A stretch of DNA of 63,122 bases, counting the filler, from Octopus bimaculoides (Eukaryota): NCBI RefSeq assembly GCF_001194135.2. It is 4 parts of 3 records of this genome, joined end to end, with 100 filler letters (N's around TTAATTAATTAA, not from the genome) between each part and the next. Parts side by side here need not be neighbours in the genome. Positions count along the whole stretch, not along the records: positions 1 to 23,472 come from NC_068993.1; positions 23,573 to 42,194 come from NC_068986.1; 2 more parts are not named here. One strand, 5' to 3'. A program made the translations under genes and the position numbers. The notes below the pieces were generated by a model. The model worked only from the letters and a program-made list of their open reading frames with translations, made no database searches and was not told the origin of the DNA. Numbering within the stretch: position 1 is the stretch's first letter; each line of letters opens with the position of its first letter. Below, piece by piece: positions 11,072-25,639 of the stretch.

Positions 11072-12240
11072 TATTGTTATTAATTCTTCTTAATTATGAA
11101 TGAATATATTCCCAGTGATATATTCCAGTAACTTCTTTGGTATTTTTTTGTTTGCTACTAAAGTTTGTCTCCTCTTAATAAATTCAGTTCAATATTATCT
11201 CCATATAAAGACCTGTTTGAATACTCTCCCCACCCACCCCACATACACATATGGGAACCCTCAATTGTCTAGGTATATGTATAACACCTTCATAAAAATA
11301 TTGATGTAACTGTAATTTCCATTCCAAATTATAAGGTTTTATCTTTCTTCTACTAATAATATATAGCATTTTTTAATATTCTATTGCACCAGGAATGCAG
11401 TGCAGCAACAGTGGCAATATACGAAGTTAATCTGAAACAAACTGCACCTCTTACAGAAGAATGATTGTCATTCATAAAGACAAGGCAAAGTTTGTAGCAA
11501 TTCAATGAATTCATACTTTTATTGAAAATCAACTCTTAAGAATTTTGAAAACAAATTAAAACATGATTATTTTTAGAGAAGTTCAAAAAGAATTGAAATT
11601 TTTATTCAGTCATACACAAGTGCACAGTGAGTTTGTAGGAAAGGGATCAACCCTTAAATTTGTAAACATAAATATCGTTGGTTCAATAAAAAAAAAATAA
11701 TAAGTAGCTTATTATAACTATTTTTCAATGGTTCCAATTTTGACTTAATTACAAATATGTCATTGGTTGATTTCAAACTCAAATTAATTAATGCTTAGTG
11801 GAGATAAACTCTTGCAGGTTAATTTAGTCAATTAGTTTGTAAGAGTAATCTTTTTTTAAGGTTTGTTTCATTTCTTTTTTTTTTAATATATATATATAAT
11901 GAAAATATATAATTGTATGCAAAAACTGAAACAGAAAAATTAAAGTATTTATGTATATATAAAAAAAAAATTCCTAAGTGTTTGGAACGGATCATCTACT
12001 GAATTTGTACACAAAAAGTTTAGTAGATTTTTGTCTTTTGTTTTGTCTCTTGTTCATTCTGTAGACAAGATGTGAACAAGAACTGAATGATCTGCTATGA
12101 ACACAGATCTGTAATATACAAAGCAAGTGGATAATAAAAAAAAAAAACAAACAAAAAATCAAACAGTTTTAAAAAAAACATCCACACTCATTCAAGTATA
12201 AAGAATAAGTGGGCTGTGAAGAATTATGAATGGGTCAGCA

Positions 12241-12402
12241 TTCACAACCGTACGTTCACAAGAGCAAATGACCCAGAATTCACAACCATACGTTCACAAG
12301 AGCAAATGGCTCAGTGTTCACAACCATACATTCACAAGAGCACTGATCTGACGTTCACAACCATACGTTCACAAGAGTACTGATCTGACGTTCACAACCA
12401 TA
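12241..12402. repeat. Minisatellite, ~4.3 copies of a 37-38-bp unit (TTCACAACCATACGTTCACAAGAG...)
   Basis: Units start at 12241, 12279, 12317, 12354, 12391. Confidence 0.9.
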
Positions 12403-13097
12403 GAAGTTTACATATTACAGACTATTTCAGTCAGTCTGATCAGATGGATTGGGGATAAAAAAGAAAAAAAATAACACACACACACACATATATATATTTA
12501 CACATACAGAAAAACAATCAACATGTGTCGTGTCAAATACAGTAAATGTATTAATATTTATGAGCCTCATTTAGTTAACACCAGTCTTCTTTTCCAGCAG
12601 CTTTATTTTAATTATTTTGTAAGAAATAGGATCCTAGCAAAAGAAGGAAGATCAACCACACAGTTTATTGGAATTGGTGTGTTTCAATTTCTTCAGAGAC
12701 AATATTCTAAGAATTCTTTTCTTATTTTTACACTAATTTTTCAGAGTGTCAATGAATTTTTTTTAATACCAAACTGTATGGGAATTTGAAGTGCAAAAAT
12801 AATGTTGGGAAAGAAATATAAACCTGTAGTGGCTTTGAAGAAAATAAACTAATTTCATCATTTTTGGTTTTTCTCAGAAAATAAAAGAAAAAACTTTAAT
12901 CCTGCCATATTTTTTAGAAGAAATATGAGAGTAAATCTAGAATTTCAAATTCCCTTACAATAGGTAATAGAAAATTTAATTCAACTAAAGCAGATCAAAT
13001 TATTTTAATTTTACCTTCCTTCTTTTTGACTAAATTTATTTCTTTATAAGTTCAGATTTTTTGGGGGTGGGGAATGCACATGTATGTATGTATGTGC

Positions 13098-13132
<35 letters not shown>

Positions 13133-13304
13133 TGAGTGCCAGTGGAATTTGAAGTGGTGCCATAAGACTGCAACTTTGACTTAACCAGTGCAAGAGTTGG
13201 TTGTCTGTTGCAAAATCTCTTGAAAGACTAATATCAACAGCAGAAATCAGAAGAAAACATTTATTTGATTTGATTGAAGTGAAATAGTTAAAAAATTCAC
13301 ATTG

Positions 13305-13345
<41 letters not shown>

Positions 13346-14049
13346 GTAAAATTCTATTGTGTACAGAATGGTAAGAAGTCTATGTTATGGAAATCTATAT
13401 GTGTGGTGGAGGAGGTTAACACTGCATGTTGTTTTCTCTTGATTCTGTTACTGTTTTGTGCAAATCATGAGGAATATTTAATTCTATAGAGAAGGTCCTC
13501 AGTTCGAAGTGGCATCTGGCTGTAAGAACCAAATATCGGCAAAGGGGGATCTGTTACCAAGATGGGCAACTAATACAATTTAACCATTTCACTGAAGACC
13601 TTCCATCATTATCAGTGGTGGGAGGAAGAGAGTGTTGAGTGTGGTGGTCATGTTATATTTAGATGTATAGAGAGTATGGGGTGAGTGTATATATAAATGT
13701 ATGAGTGTGTGTGTATTTACAGGGTGTGTTTTTGGATGTTTACTCAACACATCTGTTTACTAACACACAAATATCACAACCAGACTTAAAACCTCAGATT
13801 GGTAAGAAGTAGGAGTATGTGAATGAGAGAATGTTGGAGAGGTCAGAAGGAGGTTCCAGCTCACTTTAGTCTGTAAGACAGAAGTTAGAAAGGAAAATAA
13901 TAAAATAGGTAATAGTAACACATGCTGTGTCATTATTATATTGTAATAGGAATTATAATAGTAAATAATGATTTCTTTACTTGCTTGAAATATTGTATAA
14001 CAACAATAATTGATTTTGACTAAACACCACAAAGTATTTAGTCAACAAT

Positions 14050-14905
14050 AATTGATTCTGAGTAAAGACAGGAGAATTTTTGAGAAGATAAGGTAGAGTT
14101 GACTGATTTGATGTTAGATCTTTACTAGAATTTATTTTATCAAGTAGACAGGATGAAAGTAAAATATCAGTACAACATGAACAATTCTAGTTCAACCCTC
14201 AATTTTTTCTACTAGTCCATCTGCTTTTCCCAATAATAATTGTTTCTAAAAAGGTACAAATCTAGAAATTTAGAAGAAGGAGAACAGTTAATTATATTGA
14301 CCCTAGTATATTTAACTGGTGATTTATTTTATCAAAGATAAAAATGCAGAGTTGGATTTAAACTCAAACTGTAAAGATTGACAACTAAACATCACATCAC
14401 AATACATTTTGTTTGATGTTTTAACAATTCTGCCAATCTCAAACTTTAATAATAATAATATTTCTAACATAGGCACAAGGCCTGAAATTTGGTGGGGTGG
14501 TTAGTTGATAATATCAACACCAGTTCTAAACTGGTACTTTATTTAACTGACCTTGAAAGAATGAAAGGCAAAGTTAACCTCAGTAAGAAATTAACTCCAA
14601 ACATAAAGATCCAGAAAAAATGTTGCAAGACATTTAACTAGAGCACTAATGGTTCTGCAAATCCACCAACATCATATAATAATAATAATAATAATCCTTT
14701 CTACTATAGGCAGAAGGCCTGAATTTGGTGGAATGGGGCTAGTCGATTACATTGACCCCAGTGCATAATAGGTATTATTTCATTAACCCCTAAAAGGATG
14801 AAAGGCAAATCGACCTTGGTGGAATTTGAACTCAGAACATAAAGATGGATGAAATGTCGCTAATCATTTTGTCTGACTTGCTAATGATTCTGCTAGCTCA
14901 CCATC

Positions 14906-14979
<74 letters not shown>

Positions 14980-15100
14980 AATAAATTTCCCAGAATGACA
15001 TGAGATCACACATTTTTGTGAAAGGAAGGTGATGAAATCAACTAACGTATTACTGGTACTTTGATCTAAAAGTGATGAAAGTTAAAGTCAACCTTATCCT
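14050..15100 (-). mobile_element. Cluster of 3 clear and 2 very degenerate co-oriented Nin/Deu-domain SINEs separated by (AAT)n/(GAT)n
   Basis: Copies at ~14232-14446, 14447-14672 and 14677-14907 carry ...AGGCACAAGGCCTGAA...GACCCCAG...GATGAAAGGCAAAGT..ACCT...GAACTCAGAAC; fainter copies at ~14050-14180 and ~15015-15095. Confidence 0.75.
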
Positions 15101-16547
15101 GACGTAACAGTACTAAAGTGAGGGAATGGTGACAAAAAGGAAGAAGATAGAAGAGTTGTAGAGAGAATGTAATGAATATTTTTCTTTTCCTTTTTTTTCT
15201 TTCTTTCTTTTTTTTTTTTTGCTAATTTTGTTAGTATTTCAGCAGGTGATTTGAGGCTGAATTTGTAATTTGTACAGTCAACTTTTCCTCTTTAGGATTA
15301 AGGCAAAAAAAAAAAAAAGAAATGTGAGTAGTGGGTGCATATGTAGGTGTGTATACTTGTATAAGTGTATGTAAATGATGTGTGTGTGTGTGTGTGTGTA
15401 TGTGTGTGTGTTAGTGTTTATGTTAGTATGTGTGAGGCATATAAACACTGAAATTTCTATATCTGTTTCTTCATTTAGATAAGACTTGACATATACCAAA
15501 CAGTATTTAAACTGCTGAACAACACAACAGCCATGCAGCCAGTCATTGTGAGTTAAAAAGAATGATAAAAATGTCGGTATTCAGAAAAAACAATTTTACA
15601 ATTTTTAAAAAGGAGTAGAAAAATGATAGAAATAAGGAGTTAGGTTATTTTTGGATTATAAAAAAAGAGTATTTGATTGATAATCCATGTTATCTTTGAA
15701 ATACTTATGATTTCGTTATTGTTATTGTCATATTTTTTCGCTTCTTTTCTTTTGTATTTTTCTTGTAATCTTACTTTCACTTTTTTTGTTATTTTTTTTT
15801 TCATAATATATTTCCAAAAAGTTTTAGTATTATTTTTTTAAGTTTTGAAAAAAAGAATTTTTTTTAAAATTTTATACATACATATTTATTTTTTTTTAAA
15901 TTTAATGTTCTTTAATTTGAGATATTTTATGAAATATGGATATTGTGATATCCAGAAATATTAGATTAAAACCGTGTGAGGATAGTTAATAAAAACTAAT
16001 TAGAATAAAAGTACCTCGTATGTCTGAAAGCAAGAGAGAGAAAAAAAATTTAGAAACATTTTTATTTTATAATATTTTTAAGGAAATTGCACAAGTGATA
16101 CTTTTGGGGAGACGGGGGTTAGTTGTATATTTTTTAATAGTTATAATTTTGAAGGGATCTGGTGGGGCAGGAGAGTTAGTTATAAGGTAGCTAGGTTGGG
16201 GTAGGCAGATGGAAGAGTTCTGTGTAAACTGGTGGGAAACGGTTTGGATAGGAAATATGAAGTGTATGTGTATGTCAATGTGTGTGTGTGCATGTGTGTG
16301 TGAGTGTGAAAAGAGAAAAATAGAGGAATAGGATTATAGAGGAAGATATGATGTTTGTGTGAGTGTGTGTATGTTTAGGTAGGGGATACAAGGATGTAGG
16401 GAGTTGGTGGAAGAAATAATGAATATTAAGAGGATATAAAAAAAGTCTTTAGTAAAAAGATGACATTCACAAACAACGTTAATATCTGCACGGGTTAGAA
16501 AGAGAATAAAGCAAATTGGACTTGGTTAGTTGCTATATCAAGATTAC

Positions 16548-16581
<34 letters not shown>

Positions 16582-16735
16582 GTTGTTACTCATGTTTATT
16601 TTGCTAAGGGTAAAAAAAAAGAAAACTCATTTGTATATTTGTTGCTGTCTTTTTACTTAATCTTTTTAAAACTCTAGACAAAAAACAAAAATTCTGGCCA
16701 AAGTTGATCTTGTAAAACTATACTATTTGTGTGCA

Positions 16736-16844
<109 letters not shown>

Positions 16845-19800
16845 TGGGGTTGAATCAAGTGAAAGACTGGAAAGAAAATAAATCTAAAAGAAGGAAGAAA
16901 ATGAAGAAGATTTATGATTAGTCATAATATTTTTTGTTGTTACCCCTTTACTTTCTCTAAATAGCAATAGTTAATATGTTTTTATAGTAGCATTGAAGAT
17001 AACTGATATGATGATCAAAGATGGGTATTTTATGAAGAGATGAAATAAAAGGTGGAATAAATTGTTAAAGGAGGTTTTACATTCATCACCATTAATATGG
17101 CATGTTATTTCAATTGTCATCTTGTCAACATTTTAACAATAATGATGATGATGATGATGACGATGACGATGACGATGATGATAGTAATGATGATGATAAT
17201 GATTGGTAGGATAATAAAAAAGGAATAAGGCTATCTTAATTAGGTGTAAAACCAAAGGCAAGCAGAATCAAGTGTCTCCTCTAGGAACAAGTAACACAAT
17301 GCCTTCAGTAAAATATAAACTCACTCTCAGGAGCCAGGAATCTGAAATTCTTAATTCATTTAATAATAATAATGGTTTCTAATGTATATATGAGTGATAT
17401 GGCACAATGTAACAGCATTTATGACTTTACTAAGGAAATGAAATCATTCAAACAAAATATTTAAACCAAGCTTTTTCATTATCATTATTATTATTATTAT
17501 TATAGTCACCTATCATTTACCAATGCTTTTATTGACCTGCCACAGGAAGAGTAATATTCATTACATAGGTAAGAAGCCCTATGTATGTAGAAAAGTAATA
17601 AGTTGCAGCACTTCAGTTGCCTTTTCTAATTCACCAGCAATGTATAAGAAGTAGTTCAAACTGAGAAAGTGAAACATCAGCAGAGGAATTAACTTGCAGA
17701 GAATATATCACTACATAGTTATCCATCATATTAATAATGATAGCTATCCTAACCTCAAGTTTCCAGTTTAAAGAGTTACAGTCAATTTTAAATGACACCA
17801 GTGTTTTAGTGATATCAGTTTTATTGATCCAGCCAGAATGGAACTCACTGTGAACTTTGGTGGTATTGGTATTCAAAACTGTAGTGCATCACTATAAAAA
17901 TGTAGTATATCTCTCAACTATTTCAGTCATTTCCTCTACTCTAAGCATGATTATAGTATAAACAACTATAATATTGTTTATTATATTTTTTTTATGTAAG
18001 ATGAAACTTACATATATCAAAGATGGAACCCAATCTCAGTATTTATAGAACTCTTCTCAAAGAAGTTAGAAAATGTACAATACATTTTCATTTTACTTAT
18101 TTAGTGGAAAAATATAAAATATTGTTTGAAATTTAAAAAAATAATAAATGATTAAGTAAACAGAAAAAAGCTTATTCATAAACAGTTACAAATGTGAGAT
18201 TGATTTAGACTGGAGTAAAGATATTAGAAGGAGTCACTTGATATCAAAGAATACTTATGTTACAAAACTCCATTGACTTACCTCACCTCTGCAAAATACA
18301 AAGGTATCTTCAATGAAGCAAGTTTTGTAATTTATATGTTATGTGTGTTTTTATTAATTATATGGGCTCAAATCTGAGGTGGTCTCATAAATGTATAGAA
18401 ATTCTCAGGGTTTTGCTACACCAAAGTAGAAGAGTAGCATAAGTGATAGAAATTCAGAGTGCATGCTTTAGGAATAACTTACAGATAATTTTCTTAAAAT
18501 CTTATTAAAATATTTAAAGGGGTTTTAATTTTGTTTCCTTCAAATTTTCAATATTTTTTCTTTCTTTTCATTCCCCCAACTTTCACAAGATTACAATGGA
18601 AAAAAGTAGGCAAGAATTTTACATTTGTTTTTTTTTTGTGATTTTGTTTTGAATGATTAATTTCAATGAAAGAGTTGGGCTGATAAACATAGGCTTGACA
18701 TATAGTGTATATAAAGGTACAAGCTATAGAAAACAAAGTAACAAGGTGCAAAGTAGCAGGTGATATTTTAACTGACTTTTTTTTAAAAATTTCATTTATA
18801 AAAAATGTTTCAACACTTTTTTTTATATTTTTCTATAACATTGTTGTCATTATTGCTCTTCAACCAAAATGGTTAATTCCTGGGAACTCCAAGCAAAACA
18901 GACAGCAATGAATGTATAGTGACTTCTACAGCAATCAAATATGTTCAGAAGAATCCATGAAAAAATGGTAGGGATTACTTGTTTCTTTGAAATAATAATT
19001 ATTAAAAAAAAACAAAAGTCCAGAAAAAATTTGATTGCTGTTGAAATTATTATCTGGTAGAGAAGGAATTAAAGAAAGATATGTTTTAAAAACCTTACTT
19101 AACTACCTCCTGAGACTTTATTGTGATGGACAGCTTAAACACATGGTTTGAGTAAGCATACTCAATAGGTTGCTTTTATAGCACACCAGCTCAACCTTGC
19201 TAACTGATACCAGAAGTTCAATATAGTCTTGCCTACTTTCAACCTTGTGTTTCCCATTCCAGAATGTTAATGTATTGGCTTCCAGACTTGAAGTATCACT
19301 TGAAACTTGGCTGTCCTGCATAGCTGTGCGGCATATTCAACCTTGAATTTTATGTAAAAAAACCTGAGAAGTTTCCAAAAGATCCCCCCAATCACCACCT
19401 CCACAACTTAAAAAAAAAAAAGATTTAATAATAATAAAACCAGAAAGAAAAAGAAAGCTTTGTTTACATCCCTGAGCCACATTCCCTGCTATCAGTTTGT
19501 AAGAAGTGAACTCTTTAAGGGAAACCATGTGCAGTACAAATGCCAATGAACATAAAGTTCTGATAATCAGTTGCATTCAGTTGCTTCACCTTTCACAGCC
19601 AAAGAGATTGGTTAGGGAAACAATAACTTGGAGGTATTTGAAGCTAATATGATGAGCCTGCACAATATTTTTAAAATTTTGAAAAGGTTTATCAGTGAAC
19701 ACCTGCCATACTTCAGCTGATACTGGAAGAAAATCCACCAATAATTTACACTAACCTTGAATCAATTACTAAGTAATTATCTATTCAAACACCCCACCAC

Positions 19801-22544
19801 CAACATAACAACAACAACAACAACCACCATTCTTGTCACCATTTAAATTCAGTACTTGGCTGGTTGTAAGCAACTAGTCTCTTTGATTCCTGCCTAAAGT
19901 ATACATACACACACATATATGCATGCACCATATATGTGTGTGTATGCATGAGTGTGTGTGTATGTGTGTGTGAGTTGTTACAGCCCAATACAAATGTTTA
20001 GATACATATATGTATATATGATCAAATATATATACAAATATATTTTAAAAAATTAGATATATATATACATATATCAAAAAAAAAATGATGGGAGAAGATA
20101 AAGATAAGATTTGAAAAAGAAATTGTTGCGAACCAGAATATATCCGACTATTCTTTTCTATTATAAATTTTATGAGAAAATAAAAATACAGATGAATAGA
20201 AAATAAAAGCAATAATGTAGAAAATCTGTGAAAATACCACAACCTCCATTAACTGATTAAAAAAGAACAAAAAAACATTGATAAGGATCATGATTTCAAA
20301 CTACATACAATTAAAAAAGAAAAGGTAATTTATAAAAATCTGGTAAATTATTTCACACAAAATTGTTTTGTTTGAACTTAAATATTAGTTAATCTCTCTC
20401 ACTTTCTCATAGCCAAAAGCAAGCAAATATAGTCAGTTTAACAGAAAGTAATTCCAGTAATATCATCACACTATCCTAAAGTAAGCATTCTTCTATGTAC
20501 TTTGGAGTATAAAGAAGAATGTTTACTTCAGCAAACAATACATCATAATGATTCTGTATGAAGGAATTTCACCTAGCTTCCATAGACAGTAAATGTTCAG
20601 TCTAATTCAAATATAATACATTGAAAATATGTTAAAAACCAAAAAGGGCAGGATGACTATAAGGTGTTCTGGAATTGGTTCAAGTGGAAGTAGTCTGTTT
20701 CTGATGCTACTCAATCTTTATCATCATTATGAAGTCATATCAACAGCTATTTTCTTGGTTATAAAAATCTCTGATGACCAATTTGAAGGAAAGCAAATGG
20801 TAGAAGGAAATGAGGCTGGTTTGAACTCAACACATTGAGGATAGTGAGTCAGCCACGCAACACAAGTCACAAAGACTTCCAGTGTAAGAACTATTTACAA
20901 TGTTACATATAATGAAAAACTGAGTTTATATAAAAAAAAAATAAATAGTGGTGGTGATGGTGGATGGCACAATGATAAACTACTAAGTTAATACTAAAGA
21001 TAGAAGTTGGGAAAATCATGTCTGTTCTGGATAAATAAAAGTGAAGTTGGGAACCTGAATATTGAACTCAGTTTTCTAGCACAACCAACATTCGTAATAG
21101 GAAATTTGAAGCTGTGATGTTAATATCTTACCTAATCAAACTGAGAAAGAAGTTTGAACAGTCATGAGAATATTTTGTGAGAAACTTAACACTGCACTTA
21201 AGTACAAGTATCTCAATTTTATAAAAGAGATGTTTAACTGAATAAACAAATTCCAAAGTATTACAATATACTTAATTTATCGTTTTAAGTGATAAATAGA
21301 AAATCAACTAGGGTAAAGTGTGCTCAGAACAATATAGAATAACACTTGAGAGGCAGAAGTTGATTTCATATCAGTAGAATATTAACAGTAAACTTCAGAA
21401 TCCAACTAATGACCTAATGAGGATCTGTTCATGAAAATCCAACAGACCAAAGAAATATAGTAGGAAAGCCTAAAAGTGGCTATGGGCACTGATCCATCTA
21501 ATGAACAATGAAAAAAGAAAAATGATGCATATTACCTCCCATCTCAGAATGGATTAAAATTAAAAACACATGAAACTATTAAAAAAAAGTCTCATTAGAA
21601 TACACAACCAAGAATTTTAGATATTACACATTACCTTTCAACTATAAAAAAGCATAGTTGAGTTTCAGTAAGATTATATTTAATGGTATATAAGTGTGTT
21701 AAGGTGTGTGTGTGTGTGTGTGTGTGTTTGTGCTTGTATTTTGATAGATATAGAGTGATAGAAAGATATATAGTGGGCTCTGTTTTGCAGAGAGATTTCA
21801 CATTATTTAACATCCCACTCCAGTTTTAAACTATATCTCAGAATACATATCATCCTCTTGCCATGTCCAAAGATACCTCTTAAAAAAAAAATAAAAAATA
21901 AAAATAAAGTGAATCACCAGATCTTTTTTTTTACCAACAGCTGATCTTGGCTGATGTATGGGGAAGGGCATATCATGTCATCTTATTGAAACAATAAACA
22001 TATCTTGTTGCTATCATTCATTGATAGCCATAACATGAGTAACTTTGAAACTGATGGAATGGAATTCATATTTTGATTAACACATACAAATATATATTTG
22101 ACCCTGGTGACAGTGATTTCTCGAACAGAAAAACATTATATATGTTATGTTTGAGGACTGTGTTCTTCCCTGCTTATATGGTTACAATGTTACCTCAGGA
22201 ACTGTAGAGATAAAAGCAACATCACTGGCTGACAATTACAACAATATACTACATTTATAATATACACAAATACTATATACAGAGGAACTGACAACTTAGT
22301 CTGAATAAATCCTTAACCACCCATATTAACAAACTTTTATCAAAGTTGTTAATTGGTTTTCTTTCCTTAATTCCTTAAAGACAATAGAAGAAACCATCCA
22401 GAAATACCTGGAATAATTGGAGAATCATAATAATTATTTTCATGATTATTTATGCTTCATGTGTTGTTGATTTTCATACCAGATATGAACCATAAATAGC
22501 TTCTTTCCTTTTATTATTTTACCTCAAATTTGAATAATAATAAT

Positions 22545-22648
22545 GAAAATAATAATAATAATTCTTTCAACTATAGGCACAAGGCCTGAAATTTTCTGAG
22601 AAAGGGGCTTGTCAATTACATGGACCCTGAAAGGATGAAAGGCAGAGA
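22545..22648 (-). mobile_element. Nin/Deu-domain SINE 3' fragment
   Basis: (AAT)n-TTCTTTCAACTATAGGCACAAGGCCTGAA...GAAAGGATGAAAGGCA. Confidence 0.7.
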
Positions 22649-23434
22649 AATTTCTTCAAAGTTTCTAGGTAAGTAGTGTTGATTAATTGACTGGGGCAGT
22701 TATGAAAAACAGAGAAAAAGAGGAAAAGTAAACAGGTAAATTCGGCCATAAAGAATTAGAAATATTCAGATAACAGATAGTGATAGTAGTAGTAGTAATA
22801 ATAATAACAACAACAGTAATATTAATAAAGAGGATGATGACGACGATGATGAAAATTTAAAAAAATGATATTATGGATGGAAGAAATAATAAGATAAAAG
22901 TTCATTGGAACTTTTCAACAAAAATCCATAGAGGATCTGTGAAGAATTTAATTTGAAATTTACAAAAAAGAAGATAAATAAAATAAATGATTAAAGAAAT
23001 AAAATAAAACAGCACAGACATTTCAATAGACTTTTTCATTCTTTCATAGTTAATCATCGCTCTCATAAAAACTTATCAATTTATATTAAGGACATCAATG
23101 CCACTTAAACCGCCAATAATTTCAAAATATAAACACTGAAATCTACACACAACTCTCAAAGTGTATATGTGAAAGTAAACACATATAATTAACATACTTA
23201 TTTGTTTTAATTCGGATGTGGGAAATAATATCTTTTCTGGTTACTATAATAGTTGTACTTTGAATGAGGGACTGCCAGTAAACGTACATATGTAAAAATA
23301 TATGATGTGTATAAATATATACACACACACACACACACATATATAAATACATGTATGCATATATACACAAATACACACATACATGCATACATACCTAAAT
23401 ACATACATATATATATTTATATATATGCATATAT

Positions 23435-23472
<38 letters not shown>

Positions 23473-23572
23473 NNNNNNNNNNNNNNNNNNNNNNNNNNNN
23501 NNNNNNNNNNNNNNNNTTAATTAATTAANNNNNNNNNNNNNNNNNNNNNNNNNNNNNNNNNNNNNNNNNNNN
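23473..23572. other. Artificial 100-bp scaffolding gap: 44 N + TTAATTAATTAA + 44 N
   Basis: The same 44+12+44 layout recurs at 42195-42294 and 48201-48300; the 12-mer puts TAA in all six frames. Confidence 0.95.
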
Positions 23573-23579
23573 TATATAT

Positions 23580-23612
<33 letters not shown>

Positions 23613-23949
23613 TGTGTGTCTGTGTGTGTCTGTGTCTGTGTGTGTTTGTACGGATTTGTAAATGACGAATCTAATCAACACTACAATCATCAGCTTTTTC
23701 GTACGTTTTGCTTCTTCAGTTAGATTCTCGGAAGTGAACGAGAAACTGTGTGAATGAAAGTGAATAAGAAGAAAGACGAAGAGAGAAAGAGAAAGAAAAT
23801 GATTGAGTAAGGTTGGAGATATCGAAACAATTTACATTATGAAAAATATTACTTAGATACACGCACACACATACACACGCAGAAGTACAGGATAAATATG
23901 AAAATACAGATGCACTTACATGTGTTTTATTGCGAGAGTGTTAGTGTAA

Positions 23950-23998
<49 letters not shown>

Positions 23999-24185
23999 TA
24001 AGATTCAATGTACTGATTCTTTATTTTTAAAATTATTTCCATGTTTAAATAAATTCCTTACGTTCACTTCACCTCAAATTGACAGTAAAATTCATCGAAT
24101 AAATAACAGATAAGTTATAAAAAATGTTTTGTTAACGATTATGTCAGTTCGCCGCCATCCCTACATACGTACATGCATACATATA

Positions 24186-24221
<36 letters not shown>

Positions 24222-24702
24222 TGATTTTTATTTTATTATTTTAATGATTATTACTTTGTATTTCATTATAGTTCTTTTTAGTNNNNNNNNNNNNNNNNNN
24301 NNNNNNNNNNNNNNNNNNNNNNNNNNNNNNNNNNNNNNNNNNNNNNNNNNNNNNNNNNNNNNNNNNNNNNNNNNNNNNNNNNNNNNNNNNNNNNNNNNNN
24401 NNNNNNNNNNNNNNNNNNNNNNNNNNNNNNNNNNNNNNNNNNNNNNNNNNNNNNNNNNNNNNNNNNNNNNNNNNNNNNNNNNNNNNNNNNNNNNNNNNNN
24501 NNNNNNNNNNNNNNNNNNNNNNNNNNNNNNNNNNNNNNNNNNNNNNNNNNNNNNNNNNNNNNNNNNNNNNNNNNNNNNNNNNNNNNNNNNNNNNNNNNNN
24601 NNNNNNNNNNNNNNNNNNNNNNNNNNNNNNNNNNNNNNNNNNNNNNNNNNNNNNNNNNNNNNNNNNNNNNNNNNNNNNNNNNNNNNNNNNNNNNNNNNNN
24701 NN

Positions 24703-24766
<64 letters not shown>

Positions 24767-25220
24767 ATGTAAAAACACTGCGAAGGATATATTTTAAATA
24801 CTTAAGATTATTTATGAATATATCAATGGCCAAACATCTTATCATAAAATATAAAAAGAAAAAACGTTTATGCTTATGAACAAGACAATTATAACAAAGG
24901 GTTAAGAAATCCTTACATGTTAAAAATAGCAACCAAAACGGCTGTAATGCCATTATATCACTCATATAATTTCTCCTCACGATAAAAACTGTCTTCGGGC
25001 AAAATGACAAATAGGTCACAAATGTTGCAAGTTTGAGAATTACAGGTCAGTGCATGTGGTATATTTGCAGCCGCTTTCCTTCTTTGCCTTGCACCTCGAA
25101 GCCTGTGAAATGTTTACCGGGATTTATTTAGTTTTAAGGCATTCGGATCTTGTTGAGAATATTTTTCCGCGCCGAAATTCTTATTAATATTACTGAATTA
25201 TTTTTCATGTTTTAACCTGT

Positions 25221-25639
25221 CTTGTATTCGTTTCAGTCATTGGAATGTGGCCATGCTGGAGCACAGCCTTTAGTCGAGCAAATCGACCCCAGGGCTTATT
25301 CTTTGTAAGCCTAGTACTTATTCTATCGTTTCCTTCTGACGGACTGCTAAGTTACTGGGACGGAAACACACCACCATCAGTTGTCAAGCGATGGGAAGGG
25401 ACAATGACAGACACACAAACATATACATATACATACATGCACACATGCACGCGCGCGCACACCCACCCACATATGTATATATATATAGGACGGGCTTCTT
25501 TCAGTTCCCGTCTCACTAGGTTTTGGTAGGCCCTAGGCTATAATACAAGACACTTGAACAAGGTGCCAGGCAATGAGACTGGACCCGGAACCATGTGGTT
25601 GTTAAGCAAGCTACTTACAACACAGCCATGCCTGCACCT
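25221..25639 (-). mobile_element. Composite tRNA-derived SINE (OK-like head + internal microsatellite + 3' tail)
   Basis: TTTCAGTCATT..GGCCATGCTGGAGCAC..TCGACCCCAGG.CTTATTCTTTGTAAGCCTAGTAC..(CA/TA)n..GACGGGCTTCTTTCAGTT..ACCATGTGGTTG..CACAGCCA. Confidence 0.9.

Noticed and set aside
11394-11463. Possible + strand terminal exon (ECSAATVAIYEVNLKQTAPLTEE*)
   Set aside because: Short, mediocre acceptor, unrecognised peptide and no partner exon found.
23517-23528. TTAATTAATTAA palindrome recurring inside N-gaps (also 42239-42250, 48245-48256)
   Set aside because: Always centred in 44 N + 12 + 44 N and encodes stops in all six frames: a scaffolding linker, not biology.
23732-23746. 15-bp exact inverted match to 27890-27904 (AAGTGAACGAGAAAC)
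   Set aside because: A match of this length is expected by chance in a window this size.
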